Of a DNA stretch of 64,000 nt, positions 25,131 to 34,287 are shown in pieces; the stretch's first letter is position 1, and each line of letters opens with the position of its first letter. The notes below the pieces were generated by a model that was not told where the DNA came from, did not search any database, and saw only the letters and a list, made by a program, of their open reading frames with translations. Both the position numbers and the translations under genes were made by a program. Source of the stretch: an uncultured Enterobacteriaceae bacterium (GTDB lineage Bacteria > Myxococcota_A > UBA9042); the NCBI GenBank assembly GCA_964586155.1, contig CAZPHC010000006.1, positions 141,392 to 205,391 on the forward strand. Direction: 5' to 3'.

Positions 25131-27243
25131 TGGCTCGACCTCCTCGTCCACTCGGATCGCCTCGGCCAGCCGGTGGCCCCGCGTCGTCGCGAGCCCCTGT
25201 ACCACCATCGCCGGGCTGCCGCCATTGTTCCGCACAGAGCGCGGCGGCGGCGGCCAGCGCCGGGTCATCGTGACCCGCACCGACCAATTCGCATCGGCGC
25301 GAGATCTGGTGCGCCACCTGCACGGCGAGGCGTTGGGCCCGGAGATCCGGGGCGGGAGCGTCCGGCGCTGGCGCCGCGTCCAGGCGTGCCCGAAGGGCCA
25401 GCAGCCTGCGCAGCGCCGCATCGGGGCGCCCGGCGTGGTCGTCGGCCCAGCAGGCCGCCGCCACCCAGCGGGGCTCGCTGTCGGCGTCGACGCCGTGATC
25501 TCGGGCCCATTGCAGCGCGAGCGCGTCCTCGCCCGCCGCGATCGCCGCGACGTAGACGCGCTGCGCCAGCTCGGCGTCGGCGCGGCGGATGCCGCGGCCT
25601 GCCTGCCACGCCTGGTCGAAGCGCTTGCAGCGCATCGCGTCGTCCAGCACGGCGACGCGCGCGGCGTCCTCGTCACCGGCGGCCAGCAGCTGCTCGGACC
25701 AGACCGCGCCCAACGTGCACGCGTCGCTGCGTGTCGCGGCCTGCAGGGCCAGCACCGCGACCGCGCGATCGGTCGGCGCGATGTCGCGGGCGGCTCGCAG
25801 CTGCTCCAGCGCAGCACCCGCCGCGCCGCGCTCCAGCAGCAGGCGGCCGAGGTTGTAGCGCATCTTGACGCTGCGAGGCTGCAGGCGCGCGCCGCGGACG
25901 AAGAGCCTGTCCTCGCTTTGCCAGTCGGCCGCGACCGCGCGCGTCGCCGGGATCGCCAGCGCCAGGCCGAGCGCGACCGCGGCGCTGAGGGCCAGCGCGA
26001 GCAGCAGCCGCCTCGGGCCGGTCGCGTCGTCGAACGAGCGCGCCGCCCCCGACCGACGCAAGCGCCATCGCTGCTCGACCGGCGACCACGCGCCGCCCAC
26101 GGCCGCGCCGAGCAAGGCGCAGAGGCCAAGCGAGGGCAGCCAGAGCAGCCGGTCGGCGGTGACCAGCGACGCCGGCACGATCAGCTGCGAGACGGGCGCC
26201 CAGAACGCCGCCGCCGTCAGCAGCCCGAGCGCCAGCGACGCCGTCGTCGGCGAGACCTCGGCGCTGTGCCCGACCGCGTCCCAGCCGGCGCCGAGCAGCC
26301 GGGCGAGCGCGACGGCCAGCCCAGCGAGCGCGACCAGGGCGATCGCGGCCCCCGCCGCGAGTTCGGTCGCCGGCGGCGCGAGCAGGGGCAGGGCGTCGAA
26401 GCTGTAGTCCGGCGCGAGCAGGTCTGGCGTGACCAGGCGCTGGGCGGCGTGCCAGACCAACCACAGCCCGGCGCGCCAGCGCTCGTCCAGCGCCGCGTCC
26501 CACAGCGGGTTGTCCTCGCGGGCGATGGTCGGCGCCGGCACCCAGGCGAGGCGCATCGCCGCCCAGGCGACGCAGATCACGAGCAGCCCGCCGACGAGCG
26601 CCGCCGCCTCGCGCTTGGTTCGACCGGGGACCACGACGGCGATCAGGGCCAGCGGCGCCAATCCGGCCAGGGCGGATTCCTTGGCCAGGAGCGCGAGCGC
26701 CAGGGCGAGCGCCGCGAGCAGGCCGGCGGCCTCGCGCTGCAGCAGAGCGTGGGCGGCCAGCAGCAGCAAGCACGCGGCCAGCGCCTCGGGGCGGTTCGAG
26801 ATCGCCATCACCGCCTCGGCGTGGGCCGGCAAGGCGGCGAACGCGACGCCTGCGACCACGCCTGCGGCCGTGCTGCTCGCCATCGGGACGCGCCACAGGG
26901 CGCCGAGGCGGACGACCAGCGCTGCCAGCAGCGCCGCCGCCAGCGCCGCCAGGCCGATCGAGACGAGGTGCCGCGTCGCGAGCCGCAGGTGCAGGCCGTC
27001 CTCGACGGCGAAGCTCAATGTCGCCAGCGGCCGCGACACACCCTGCAGCGACCAACGCGGCGCGGGCCCGAACCACGGGCTCTGCAGCAAGGGCAGCGGC
27101 TCGGGCGGCCAGTGCGCGAGTGGGTTCTCGAGCACCGCAGGGACGTCGTCGAGCACCCAGCCCGCGTCCCGCGCCAGGTCGGCGTAGATGCCGAGCGTGG
27201 TGCCCAGCGCCAGGATCGCCGCGACGGCGACGCCGAGCTTCAT
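25117..27243 (-). CDS. TMTC-like GT-C fold glycosyltransferase (DUF1736/PMT-related) fused to C-terminal TPR repeats
   Basis: 708 aa from ATG overlapping the rodA stop. First loop WVLDDVPAVLENP, then VSRPLATLSFAV, then FAALPAHAEAVMAISNRPEALAACLLLLA. These line up with eukaryotic TMTC motifs VHDDVWAIVNNP, SYRPLCVLSF and FAVHPIHTEAVAGIVGRADVLACLLFLLA. More than 10 TM segments and a TPR-like C-terminal 250 aa. Confidence 0.75.
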   Translation of the reverse strand: MKLGVAVAAILALGTTLGIYADLARDAGWVLDDVPAVLENPLAHWPPEPLPLLQSPWFGPAPRWSLQGVSRPLATLSFAVEDGLHLRLATRHLVSIGLAALAAALLAALVVRLGALWRVPMASSTAAGVVAGVAFAALPAHAEAVMAISNRPEALAACLLLLAAHALLQREAAGLLAALALALALLAKESALAGLAPLALIAVVVPGRTKREAAALVGGLLVICVAWAAMRLAWVPAPTIAREDNPLWDAALDERWRAGLWLVWHAAQRLVTPDLLAPDYSFDALPLLAPPATELAAGAAIALVALAGLAVALARLLGAGWDAVGHSAEVSPTTASLALGLLTAAAFWAPVSQLIVPASLVTADRLLWLPSLGLCALLGAAVGGAWSPVEQRWRLRRSGAARSFDDATGPRRLLLALALSAAVALGLALAIPATRAVAADWQSEDRLFVRGARLQPRSVKMRYNLGRLLLERGAAGAALEQLRAARDIAPTDRAVAVLALQAATRSDACTLGAVWSEQLLAAGDEDAARVAVLDDAMRCKRFDQAWQAGRGIRRADAELAQRVYVAAIAAGEDALALQWARDHGVDADSEPRWVAAACWADDHAGRPDAALRRLLALRARLDAAPAPDAPAPDLRAQRLAVQVAHQISRRCELVGAGHDDPALAAAAALCAEQWRQPGDGGTGARDDAGPPAGRGDPSGRGGRANGDP

Positions 27244-28355
27244 CCGCGCGCCCGCCGGCGCAGCGCGACGTTCAGCACCAGCCCGAGGCTCATCATCACC
27301 GTGAGGACGCTCGAGCCGCCGTAGCTCATCAGCGGCAGCGTCATGCCGACCACCGGCAGCAGGCCGATGACCATCCCGGCGTTGATGAAGAATTGCCAGA
27401 AGATCAGCGACGCCGCCCCGACGCAGACCAGGGCGCCGAACCGGTCTGGGGCGTGGTCCGCGACGTGGAGCGCCCACCACAGCACCCCCCCGAACGCGCC
27501 AAAGAGCCCGAGCGTGCCGAGCAGGCCGAACAGCTCGGCCCACGACGCCAGCGCGAAGTCCGTGTACACGAACGGAAGGTGGCGCAAGACCGAGCCGCGC
27601 GCGTCGTCGAGGCTGCGACCCGTCCAGCGGCCCGAGCCGACGGCCCAGAGCGCCTGCTCTGGCTGGGACGCCGGCGCGCTGCGGCGCTGCTGCACCGCCT
27701 CCTCGTCGAGCTCGAACCACGCGGCGACGCGGCCCTTCTGGTAGTTGTGGACTAGCCCCGAGCGCCAGGCCAGCGGCACGCCGAGCACCGCGACCAGCAG
27801 CCCGAGCATCAGCGTCCGGCGCGACACGCCTTCGTACAGGATGACGCTGCTGGCGATCAGCGCGACACAGAGCGAGGTGCCCAGGTCGGGCTCGCGGTTG
27901 ATCAGCACGACCGGCACGAGCATCAGGCCGATCGGCACGACGAGCCGACGCAACGTCCACAGCTCGGTGGTGCGCGCGCGGTCGAACCAGTCGGCCAACG
28001 TCAGCACGACAGAGAGCTTCATGAACTCGGATGGTTGCAGTCTCATCGGCCCGAGCTCGATCCAGCGCTTGCTGTGGTTGATCTCGCGGCCGAAGAGCAA
28101 CACCGCGAGCAGCAGCAGCACGAGGCCGACGTAGGCGGTGCCGGACAGCCGCCGCAGCAGGTCGAAGTCCATGATGGCGATGAGGCCCGCCGCGACCGCG
28201 CCCGCGACCAGCCAGACGGCCTGCACCCGGTGGAACGACGTATCGCCGAGCGTGTCGATGAACCAGAGGTTGAACATCGCGGCGGCGCAGAGCGCCAGCA
28301 GCGAGCCGAGGCCGACGAGGTTCGACGGCCGGCGCAGCTCCCGGGCCATGCTCAT
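27240..28355 (-). CDS. rodA: Rod shape-determining protein RodA (SEDS family peptidoglycan polymerase)
   Basis: 371 aa from ATG (frame-checked) with GGAGG RBS. Polytopic membrane protein with FtsW/RodA blocks (LVHNYQKGRV, LPFVYTDFALASWAELFG, GLLPVVGMTLPLMSYGGSS). Confidence 0.9.
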   Translation of the reverse strand: MSMARELRRPSNLVGLGSLLALCAAAMFNLWFIDTLGDTSFHRVQAVWLVAGAVAAGLIAIMDFDLLRRLSGTAYVGLVLLLLAVLLFGREINHSKRWIELGPMRLQPSEFMKLSVVLTLADWFDRARTTELWTLRRLVVPIGLMLVPVVLINREPDLGTSLCVALIASSVILYEGVSRRTLMLGLLVAVLGVPLAWRSGLVHNYQKGRVAAWFELDEEAVQQRRSAPASQPEQALWAVGSGRWTGRSLDDARGSVLRHLPFVYTDFALASWAELFGLLGTLGLFGAFGGVLWWALHVADHAPDRFGALVCVGAASLIFWQFFINAGMVIGLLPVVGMTLPLMSYGGSSVLTVMMSLGLVLNVALRRRARG

Positions 28356-30529
28356 GGCGCCTCCGGGGCTGCGGGCGACGGCGCGGCCTGGCCCGCTCGA
28401 CGGGCGAAGTAGCGGTTCATGATCCGATTGACGACCGGGGCGGCGACGTGGCCGCCGGAGCCGCCGTGCTCGACCAGCACCGCGACGACGATCTCCGGGT
28501 TGGTCGTGGGCGCGTAGCCGACGAACCAGGCGTGGTCCTCCTGCATCCAGCGCTGGATGTCCGGCGGCGCATCGGCCGGCGCCCGCTGCGCGGCTTCGGC
28601 GGTGCCGGTCTTGCCGGCCATCGTCACGCCCTCGAGCTTGGATTTGTGGGCCGTTCCGACGTCCGACTCGACCACGGCGCCGAGCGCGAGCTGCAGCTGT
28701 CGCACGGTCTCCTTGCGCAGGCCCATCGACGTCGGCTCTGCGCGACCCAGCGGAGCCACCGCCTCGCCAGCGGCTTCGAAGCGATCGAGCAGCGTGATGT
28801 TCGGCAGGCTGCCGCCGCGAGCGATGCCGGCATAGACGCGGGCGACCTGCAGCGGCGAGGCGGTCACGTCCTTCTGGCCGACCGCTGTCGAGAGCGCAAA
28901 CCCGGGGAAGTAGCGACCACTCTGCTTGGTGTACCACTCCTTGGTCGGCAGGTGCCCCGTGGTCTCGCGGATCTCGATGCCCGTCGCGACGCCGAAGCCC
29001 ATCTTGCGGCCGTATTGCTCGAGGGTGTCGATGCCGAGCGCCTCGCCGACCTTGTAGAAGTAGACGTCGCAGGACTGCGCCAACGCCGTGCGCAGATCGA
29101 CCTCCCCGTGGCCGCTGTGCTTGTGGCAGCGGAAGCGCCTGCCGCCGAACTCGTAGAACCCCGGGCAATGGTGCGTCGTCGCCGGCGTGACCAGGCCTTG
29201 TTCGAGCGCAGCGGCCGCCGCGACCACCTTGAACACCGACGCCGGCGGGAAGGGGTGCACCGCCTTGTTCAGCAGCGGTGCGAACGGGCTGGAGTCGACC
29301 CGCGCCTTGCGCTCGGCCGTCAGCCGCCCGGACCAGGCGTTCGGATCGAACGAGGGCTTGGAGTACATCGCCAGCACCTCGCCGGTGCGCACGTCGATGG
29401 CCACCGCTGCGCCCGAGTGGATGTGCGCCATGGCGACCTTGACGTCGCGTTGCAGCGCCAGGTCGAGGGTCAAGCGCGCCGACAGGCCCGGGATCGTCGG
29501 CTTCGGCGCCATCGCCTCGAGCAATTCGGCGATGTCGCCGCGCTCCTCGCGACCCCGACGCCGCACCAGCACCTCTTCGCCGTCGATGCCGCGAAGCAAG
29601 GCGTCGAGACCGGACTCGATGCCGGTGCGGCCGATGCGATCGTCGAGGTCGAAGCGGGGCGGGCCGCCTTCTTCGAGCGGGCGCAGGTCGCGCTCGTTGA
29701 CGCGGCTGGTGTAGCCGAGCACGTGGCTGGCCAGGTAGCGGTACGGGTACTCGCGCTGGATCTCGGTGCGGACCCGCGCTTCGGGCAGCAGGTGCGCGTT
29801 GCTGCGCAGCCGCGCGACCTCGTCGTCGAAGCTGCGGCCGCACATCGGGCAGCGCAGGATGTGGTGGCCGTGGTGCATCGGCGTGTCGTCGTAGGGGCAC
29901 GCCTGCGCGGCCGAGAACTCGCGGCTGCAGGTGGGGCAGTGCACGCCGTCGCCGTTGCCGCTCGGCACGAGCTTCTTGCGATCGACCGGGCAGGTCGGTT
30001 TGCTCGGCATCGGCTCGTAGGAGCGGCCGCAGGTCGTACAGAACGCGTAGGCCGTCTCGCCGACCAGCTCCAGGCGGTGGCTGTCGTAGGGGCAATGGGT
30101 CGAGACCAGGTCGCGCCGGACCACGACGGGCTTGCGCCGCTGCGTGCCCTCGGGTTTGCGCAGCTCGGTCAGCACGCCCGTGACCTCGGCGTCCGTGAGG
30201 TCCAGCAGCGAGCGCAGCGTCTCGGCGATCGGCGCGATGCGGTCTTCCTTGACCCGGTGCGGCAAGATCTCCAGGCGATGGCTCTCGATGTTGCGCGCGA
30301 GCACCTCGCCGTCGCGACCGAGCACCAGGCCGCGCGGTGCCGACGCCTTGACCTTGGACACGCGCTCGATCGCCGCGAATTGCTCGTACCGCTCGCCCCG
30401 CACGACCTGCACCAACAGCAGCCGCGCCGAGAGCAACAGCACGCCGGCCACGACGATCGCGACGCCGACGCGGTTGCGCGTCTCGTAGGCCTTGCTGTCG
30501 TGCGTATCGCCGATCTGGATGTGCTGCAT
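28352..30529 (-). CDS. mrdA: Penicillin-binding protein 2 (elongasome transpeptidase) carrying an unusual 95-aa Cys/His-repeat insertion
   Basis: 725 aa from ATG (frame-checked), overlapping the mreD stop. TM anchor. Pedestal and dimerisation blocks (YPYRYLASHVLGY). Transpeptidase motifs SVFK, SCD-like, KTGTAE. Insertion at residues about 146-240 holds three CPxD-x15-CxxC repeats with His. Confidence 0.9.
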   Translation of the reverse strand: MQHIQIGDTHDSKAYETRNRVGVAIVVAGVLLLSARLLLVQVVRGERYEQFAAIERVSKVKASAPRGLVLGRDGEVLARNIESHRLEILPHRVKEDRIAPIAETLRSLLDLTDAEVTGVLTELRKPEGTQRRKPVVVRRDLVSTHCPYDSHRLELVGETAYAFCTTCGRSYEPMPSKPTCPVDRKKLVPSGNGDGVHCPTCSREFSAAQACPYDDTPMHHGHHILRCPMCGRSFDDEVARLRSNAHLLPEARVRTEIQREYPYRYLASHVLGYTSRVNERDLRPLEEGGPPRFDLDDRIGRTGIESGLDALLRGIDGEEVLVRRRGREERGDIAELLEAMAPKPTIPGLSARLTLDLALQRDVKVAMAHIHSGAAVAIDVRTGEVLAMYSKPSFDPNAWSGRLTAERKARVDSSPFAPLLNKAVHPFPPASVFKVVAAAAALEQGLVTPATTHHCPGFYEFGGRRFRCHKHSGHGEVDLRTALAQSCDVYFYKVGEALGIDTLEQYGRKMGFGVATGIEIRETTGHLPTKEWYTKQSGRYFPGFALSTAVGQKDVTASPLQVARVYAGIARGGSLPNITLLDRFEAAGEAVAPLGRAEPTSMGLRKETVRQLQLALGAVVESDVGTAHKSKLEGVTMAGKTGTAEAAQRAPADAPPDIQRWMQEDHAWFVGYAPTTNPEIVVAVLVEHGGSGGHVAAPVVNRIMNRYFARRAGQAAPSPAAPEAP

Positions 30530-31068
30530 CAGCGATCCAGGCTTCGGCGCGGTCGATCGGGCAGCGCGCGCATCCGGTCGCGGGTGGCGAAGCTGCCGCC
30601 CACGCGGTCGTAGAGGCCGAAGATCAGGGGCGCGAGCACCATCGTGCCGAGCGCCATCGATGGCGACGCGCGCAACACCTCCTCGAAGGCGTCGAAGCTG
30701 CGGTGGAAGATCGCCTCGAAGGCCAGGAACACCGCCACCGCCCCGAACGTGGCGCCACCCGCCGCCGCCATCGTCGGCAGCGCGCTGGTCAGGTCGACGC
30801 GGCGGCCGAGCAGGCGCGTGACGACGAAGGTCAGCGCGCCGATCTCGGTGAAGATGCCGACCGGCGCCGCGAGGCAGAAGGCGTCCTTGGCCAGGCCGAG
30901 GCCGGCGGCGCAGAGCAGCCCGAGCGTCCAGCTGCTGCGGCTGCCGAGATAGAGCGCCGCCAGCACCAGCAGGTCGGGCGCCAGCCACCAGCGGTCGATC
31001 TGGCGCAGCAGCGGCGCTTCCATCGCCAGCAGCGCGATCGTCAGCAGGACCCAGGCAACGTGCTTCAA
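30529..31068 (-). CDS. mreD: Rod shape-determining protein MreD
   Basis: 179 aa. Small polytopic membrane protein immediately downstream of mreC and overlapping the mrdA start. Typical MreD size and hydrophobicity profile. Confidence 0.7.
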   Translation of the reverse strand: MKHVAWVLLTIALLAMEAPLLRQIDRWWLAPDLLVLAALYLGSRSSWTLGLLCAAGLGLAKDAFCLAAPVGIFTEIGALTFVVTRLLGRRVDLTSALPTMAAAGGATFGAVAVFLAFEAIFHRSFDAFEEVLRASPSMALGTMVLAPLIFGLYDRVGGSFATRDRMRALPDRPRRSLDR

Positions 31069-31188
31069 GGCGACTCCACGGCCGGGCGCGACGCTGCGTC
31101 CGGGCGGGCCATCGTCCCAGAGACGTGGCCGCTGCTCAAGCCATCGCTGCGGCGTCGGGGCGGGCTGCGCGCGGCGTCTGCACCGACC

Positions 31189-32118
31189 TCAGCCGTCTGG
31201 CACGTTGGCCGGATCGGTCCGCACCTTGGGCAGCTTCGCGGCCTCTGGCACCGGCAGGTCGCGCGCCGGCGCTTCGTAGCCCGTGACGATCAGGACTTCT
31301 TCGAGCGTCGCGAAGGTCACGGCCGGCGTCAGCGTGTACTCGATGTACGGGCCCTGGCGGCTCGGCGCGGCGGTGGCGACGTGGCCGATCTCCAGCCCTG
31401 GCGGGAACACCCGATCGTGGCCCGTGGTCAGCACCGCGTCGCCGGGCTCGATCGCCTGCTGCTGCTCTGCGCGTTCGAGGTGGACGAATTCGGCACCGAA
31501 CTCGCCGGCCTTGCCCTTGCCGCGGGCGGTGCCGATGACGCCCTTGCCCGAGATCGTCGTATGCGCCGCCGAGCGGGCGTCGGTGATCAGCATGACGTCG
31601 GCGTAGTTGCCGGCCAGCTTCTCGATCCGGCCGACGACGCCATCGTGGGTGACGACGGCCTGGCCCTCCTTGACCGCGTCGCTGCCCTCGACGTCGAGGC
31701 GCACCCGCAGCACGCGGAAGAACTGGCTCACCTCGCGGCCGACGACGCGCGCCGGCAGCGTCTTGAGCTCGCTGCGGCTCTCGCGGAACTCGCACAGGCG
31801 CTTGACCCGGCGCAGCTCCTCGGCCAGCGCGCGGCTACGCAGGGCCTCGCCGAGCAGCTCGCGGTTCTGCGCCTCGAGCTCGACCGAGCGCGCGCGCACG
31901 TCGATCAGGTCGATGTAGCCGGTCCACACGCCGATGCCCGCCTCGAGCATGCCGTCCGCCACGCCGACCAGCGGGCTCGACACCCGCAGCAGCCCGCGCT
32001 CGAGCAAGGTGCTACCGTCGCGCGGCTTGCCGTGGACGTACATCGAGACCAGGGGCAGCAGCAGCGTCAGCAGCGTCAGCAGCCGTCGACCGTGGCGTCG
32101 CAGCAGGGCCAGGATCAC
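31189..32118 (-). CDS. mreC: Rod shape-determining protein MreC
   Basis: 309 aa. GTG start overlapping the stop of the upstream ORF. N-terminal TM, coiled-coil (LEAQNRELLGEALRSRALAEELRRVK), and beta-rich C-terminal domain typical of MreC. Confidence 0.85.
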   Translation of the reverse strand: MILALLRRHGRRLLTLLTLLLPLVSMYVHGKPRDGSTLLERGLLRVSSPLVGVADGMLEAGIGVWTGYIDLIDVRARSVELEAQNRELLGEALRSRALAEELRRVKRLCEFRESRSELKTLPARVVGREVSQFFRVLRVRLDVEGSDAVKEGQAVVTHDGVVGRIEKLAGNYADVMLITDARSAAHTTISGKGVIGTARGKGKAGEFGAEFVHLERAEQQQAIEPGDAVLTTGHDRVFPPGLEIGHVATAAPSRQGPYIEYTLTPAVTFATLEEVLIVTGYEAPARDLPVPEAAKLPKVRTDPANVPDG

Positions 32119-32636
32119 GCCGCACCGCCGTGGTCGCGCCCCGTGCCAGCAGGGTCGGCCTCGGTCGCGCGCACCGGCGCGACGTCACGCGTGGCCTCGG
32201 CCCAGGCCGCCTCGCGTTGCCGAGCGTTGTCGCGCCGGGCGCTGCGGGCCCGCGGCGCCACGGCGACGAGGTGGGTGACGATCAGCAGCGCCACCGCGAC
32301 CTCGAGCCCGACAGAGACCCACAGCCAGGGCTCGGCGCGGCCGACCTGCAGCGCGCCCAGCGAGGGCGTCGCCCGATCGGCCAGCAACGCCGCCCAGGCC
32401 AACACCACCGCGACCGAGACGAGGCCGGCGGCGCTGCGGCGCACCAGGGTCACGCGCGCGCCGAGGCGGCCGTAGTTGGTCAGGACGATGGCGGAGGTCA
32501 GGCCCATCAGCGCGTAGACCCACCAGTCTTCGGCGTTGGCCAGGCGGGCGCGCCAGGCGGCGAGGCCACCAGCCAGGACGTGCAGCACCACGGCGACCGC
32601 CACCAGCAACGAATCGATGCGCAGCAGGCGGCGCAA
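32115..32636 (-). CDS. Small hypothetical membrane protein translationally coupled to mreC
   Basis: 173 aa with four predicted TM helices. Stop overlaps the mreC GTG start (GTGA). No family assignment. Confidence 0.45.
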   Translation of the reverse strand: MRRLLRIDSLLVAVAVVLHVLAGGLAAWRARLANAEDWWVYALMGLTSAIVLTNYGRLGARVTLVRRSAAGLVSVAVVLAWAALLADRATPSLGALQVGRAEPWLWVSVGLEVAVALLIVTHLVAVAPRARSARRDNARQREAAWAEATRDVAPVRATEADPAGTGRDHGGAA

Positions 32637-32782
32637 GCGCTGGGCCGCAGCGGCCGCGGCGGCGGCGGCAGGCAGCGACGAACTCGAACGCCGCTGCGGC
32701 GCGAAAGCCTCGCCCTCGGCCCCCGACTCGGGCGCGCGGCTGGCGTCAGGCTCGGCGTCGTGGTGCGGCAGCGCGTCGTCCG

Positions 32783-33133
32783 TCAGGGCTTGTAGTTGTA
32801 CTTGCTGAAGTTCTTCTGCACCTGGTCTTCGGTCGGCGCGGCGCCCTTGCGCACGTTGGCCACGGTGAACTCGCTGGAGTTCTCGGCCATCTTGTAGTTG
32901 AGGGCGATGTCGTCACCGAACAGGCTCGGCACTTCGTCCTCTTCGAAGATCGCGCGCCACGGGCAGGCCGGCTCGCAGTTGGTGCAGTCGATGCACTCGT
33001 CCGGGTTGATGTAGAGCTGGTTGGCCCAGCCGCCCGCGTCGCCGCTGTGCTCGTAGATGCACTCGACCGGGCAGACGTCGGCGCAGGCGGTGTCCTTGCA
33101 CTCGACGCAGAGGCGGGTGATGATGTAAGCCAT
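32783..33133 (-). CDS. fdxA: 7Fe ferredoxin (Azotobacter FdI type, 3Fe-4S plus 4Fe-4S)
   Basis: 116 aa. MAYIITRLCVECKDTACADVCPVECIYE...YINPDECIDCTNCEPACPWRAIFEEDEVP lines up with Azotobacter vinelandii FdI cluster ligands. Confidence 0.9.
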   Translation of the reverse strand: MAYIITRLCVECKDTACADVCPVECIYEHSGDAGGWANQLYINPDECIDCTNCEPACPWRAIFEEDEVPSLFGDDIALNYKMAENSSEFTVANVRKGAAPTEDQVQKNFSKYNYKP

Positions 33134-33192
33134 CGATCTGACTCCGTAGTTGGCGGTTCATCCCGCCGAGGGCGACGCGGCGTGCGCGTCGG

Positions 33193-34287
33193 TTAGGCAA
33201 CGGGCGCGGCTGCAGGCAGCGCCGCGACTATCGCCGCCGCCATGGCCCTTGTCGAGGCCCGACCGCCGTGGTCCGGCGTCGTGACAGCGGAATTGGCGAG
33301 CACCACGCTGGTGGCCCGGCTGATGCGCGCGGCGGCGTCGTGCTCGCCGAGGTGGCGCAGCAGATCGAGCGTCGGCATCAGCAGCGTCAGCGGGCTGGCC
33401 GCGGGCGCGCCGTGCTCGTCGGCGACCAGGCCGACGTGATGCGTCGCCTCGAAGACCTCGACCCGCTCGCCGCTGCCCGGGACGCGGCCCGAGTTGTGGC
33501 TGGTGACCAGGCTGGGCGAGCCGACCACGCCGGCGCCGATATCGGCCAGGATGTCGCCGAAGAGGTTGCCAGCGACCAGCACGTCGAAGCGCTCGGGCCG
33601 CGCGACCAGCTGCATCGCGGCGTTGTCGGCGATGATGTCGTCGAACGCGATGTCCGGGTACTGCGGCGCGATCTCGCGGCCGATGCTGCGGAACAGGCCG
33701 TCGCTGCGCTTCATGATGTTGGCCTTGTGCACCAACGTCACGCGCTTGCGCCCCAGGCGGCGGGCCAGCTCGAAGGCGTGGTGGATCACCGCCTCGCTCT
33801 TGGCCCGCGTCAGCACCTTGATGGTCTGGACCACGCCAGGGACGATCTCGTGCTCGATGCCGGCGTAGATCTCCTCGGTCAACTCGCGGACGAGCAGCAC
33901 GTCGACGCCGTCGTAGCGGCTCGGCACGCCGTCCAGGTTGCGCAGGGCGCGGACGCCGGCGTAGATGCCGAGCCGCTTGCGCAGCTGCACGTTCGGGCTG
34001 ACGTAGCCGCCGCCGACCGGCGTGCGCAGAAGCGTCTTGACCGCGAGGCCGACGTCGCGGATCGCCTCGACCGTCGACGCCGGCATCGGATCGCCGCAGA
34101 GCTCGATCGAGCGCACGCCAGCCGGCACGAACTGCCAGTCGATGGCGACGCCCGCGGCCGCGACGATCTCGCAGACTGCGTCGCCGAGCGCCTCGCTGAT
34201 GGGGCCGGCCTTGAGCATGACGACGCGCGGCGCGCCGCTCGGGGTCGGGTGGGCTGCGGGAGCCTGGGTCCGGGCCTGCTCGCTCAT
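33193..34287 (-). CDS. Isocitrate/isopropylmalate dehydrogenase family protein (NAD-IDH-like, paralog B)
   Basis: 364 aa. Blocks TPVGGGYVSPNVQLRKRLGIYAGVRAL, ANIMKRSDGLF, NLFGDILADIGAGVVG. 4-nt overlap with the upstream paralog. Confidence 0.8.
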   Translation of the reverse strand: MSEQARTQAPAAHPTPSGAPRVVMLKAGPISEALGDAVCEIVAAAGVAIDWQFVPAGVRSIELCGDPMPASTVEAIRDVGLAVKTLLRTPVGGGYVSPNVQLRKRLGIYAGVRALRNLDGVPSRYDGVDVLLVRELTEEIYAGIEHEIVPGVVQTIKVLTRAKSEAVIHHAFELARRLGRKRVTLVHKANIMKRSDGLFRSIGREIAPQYPDIAFDDIIADNAAMQLVARPERFDVLVAGNLFGDILADIGAGVVGSPSLVTSHNSGRVPGSGERVEVFEATHHVGLVADEHGAPAASPLTLLMPTLDLLRHLGEHDAAARISRATSVVLANSAVTTPDHGGRASTRAMAAAIVAALPAAAPVA

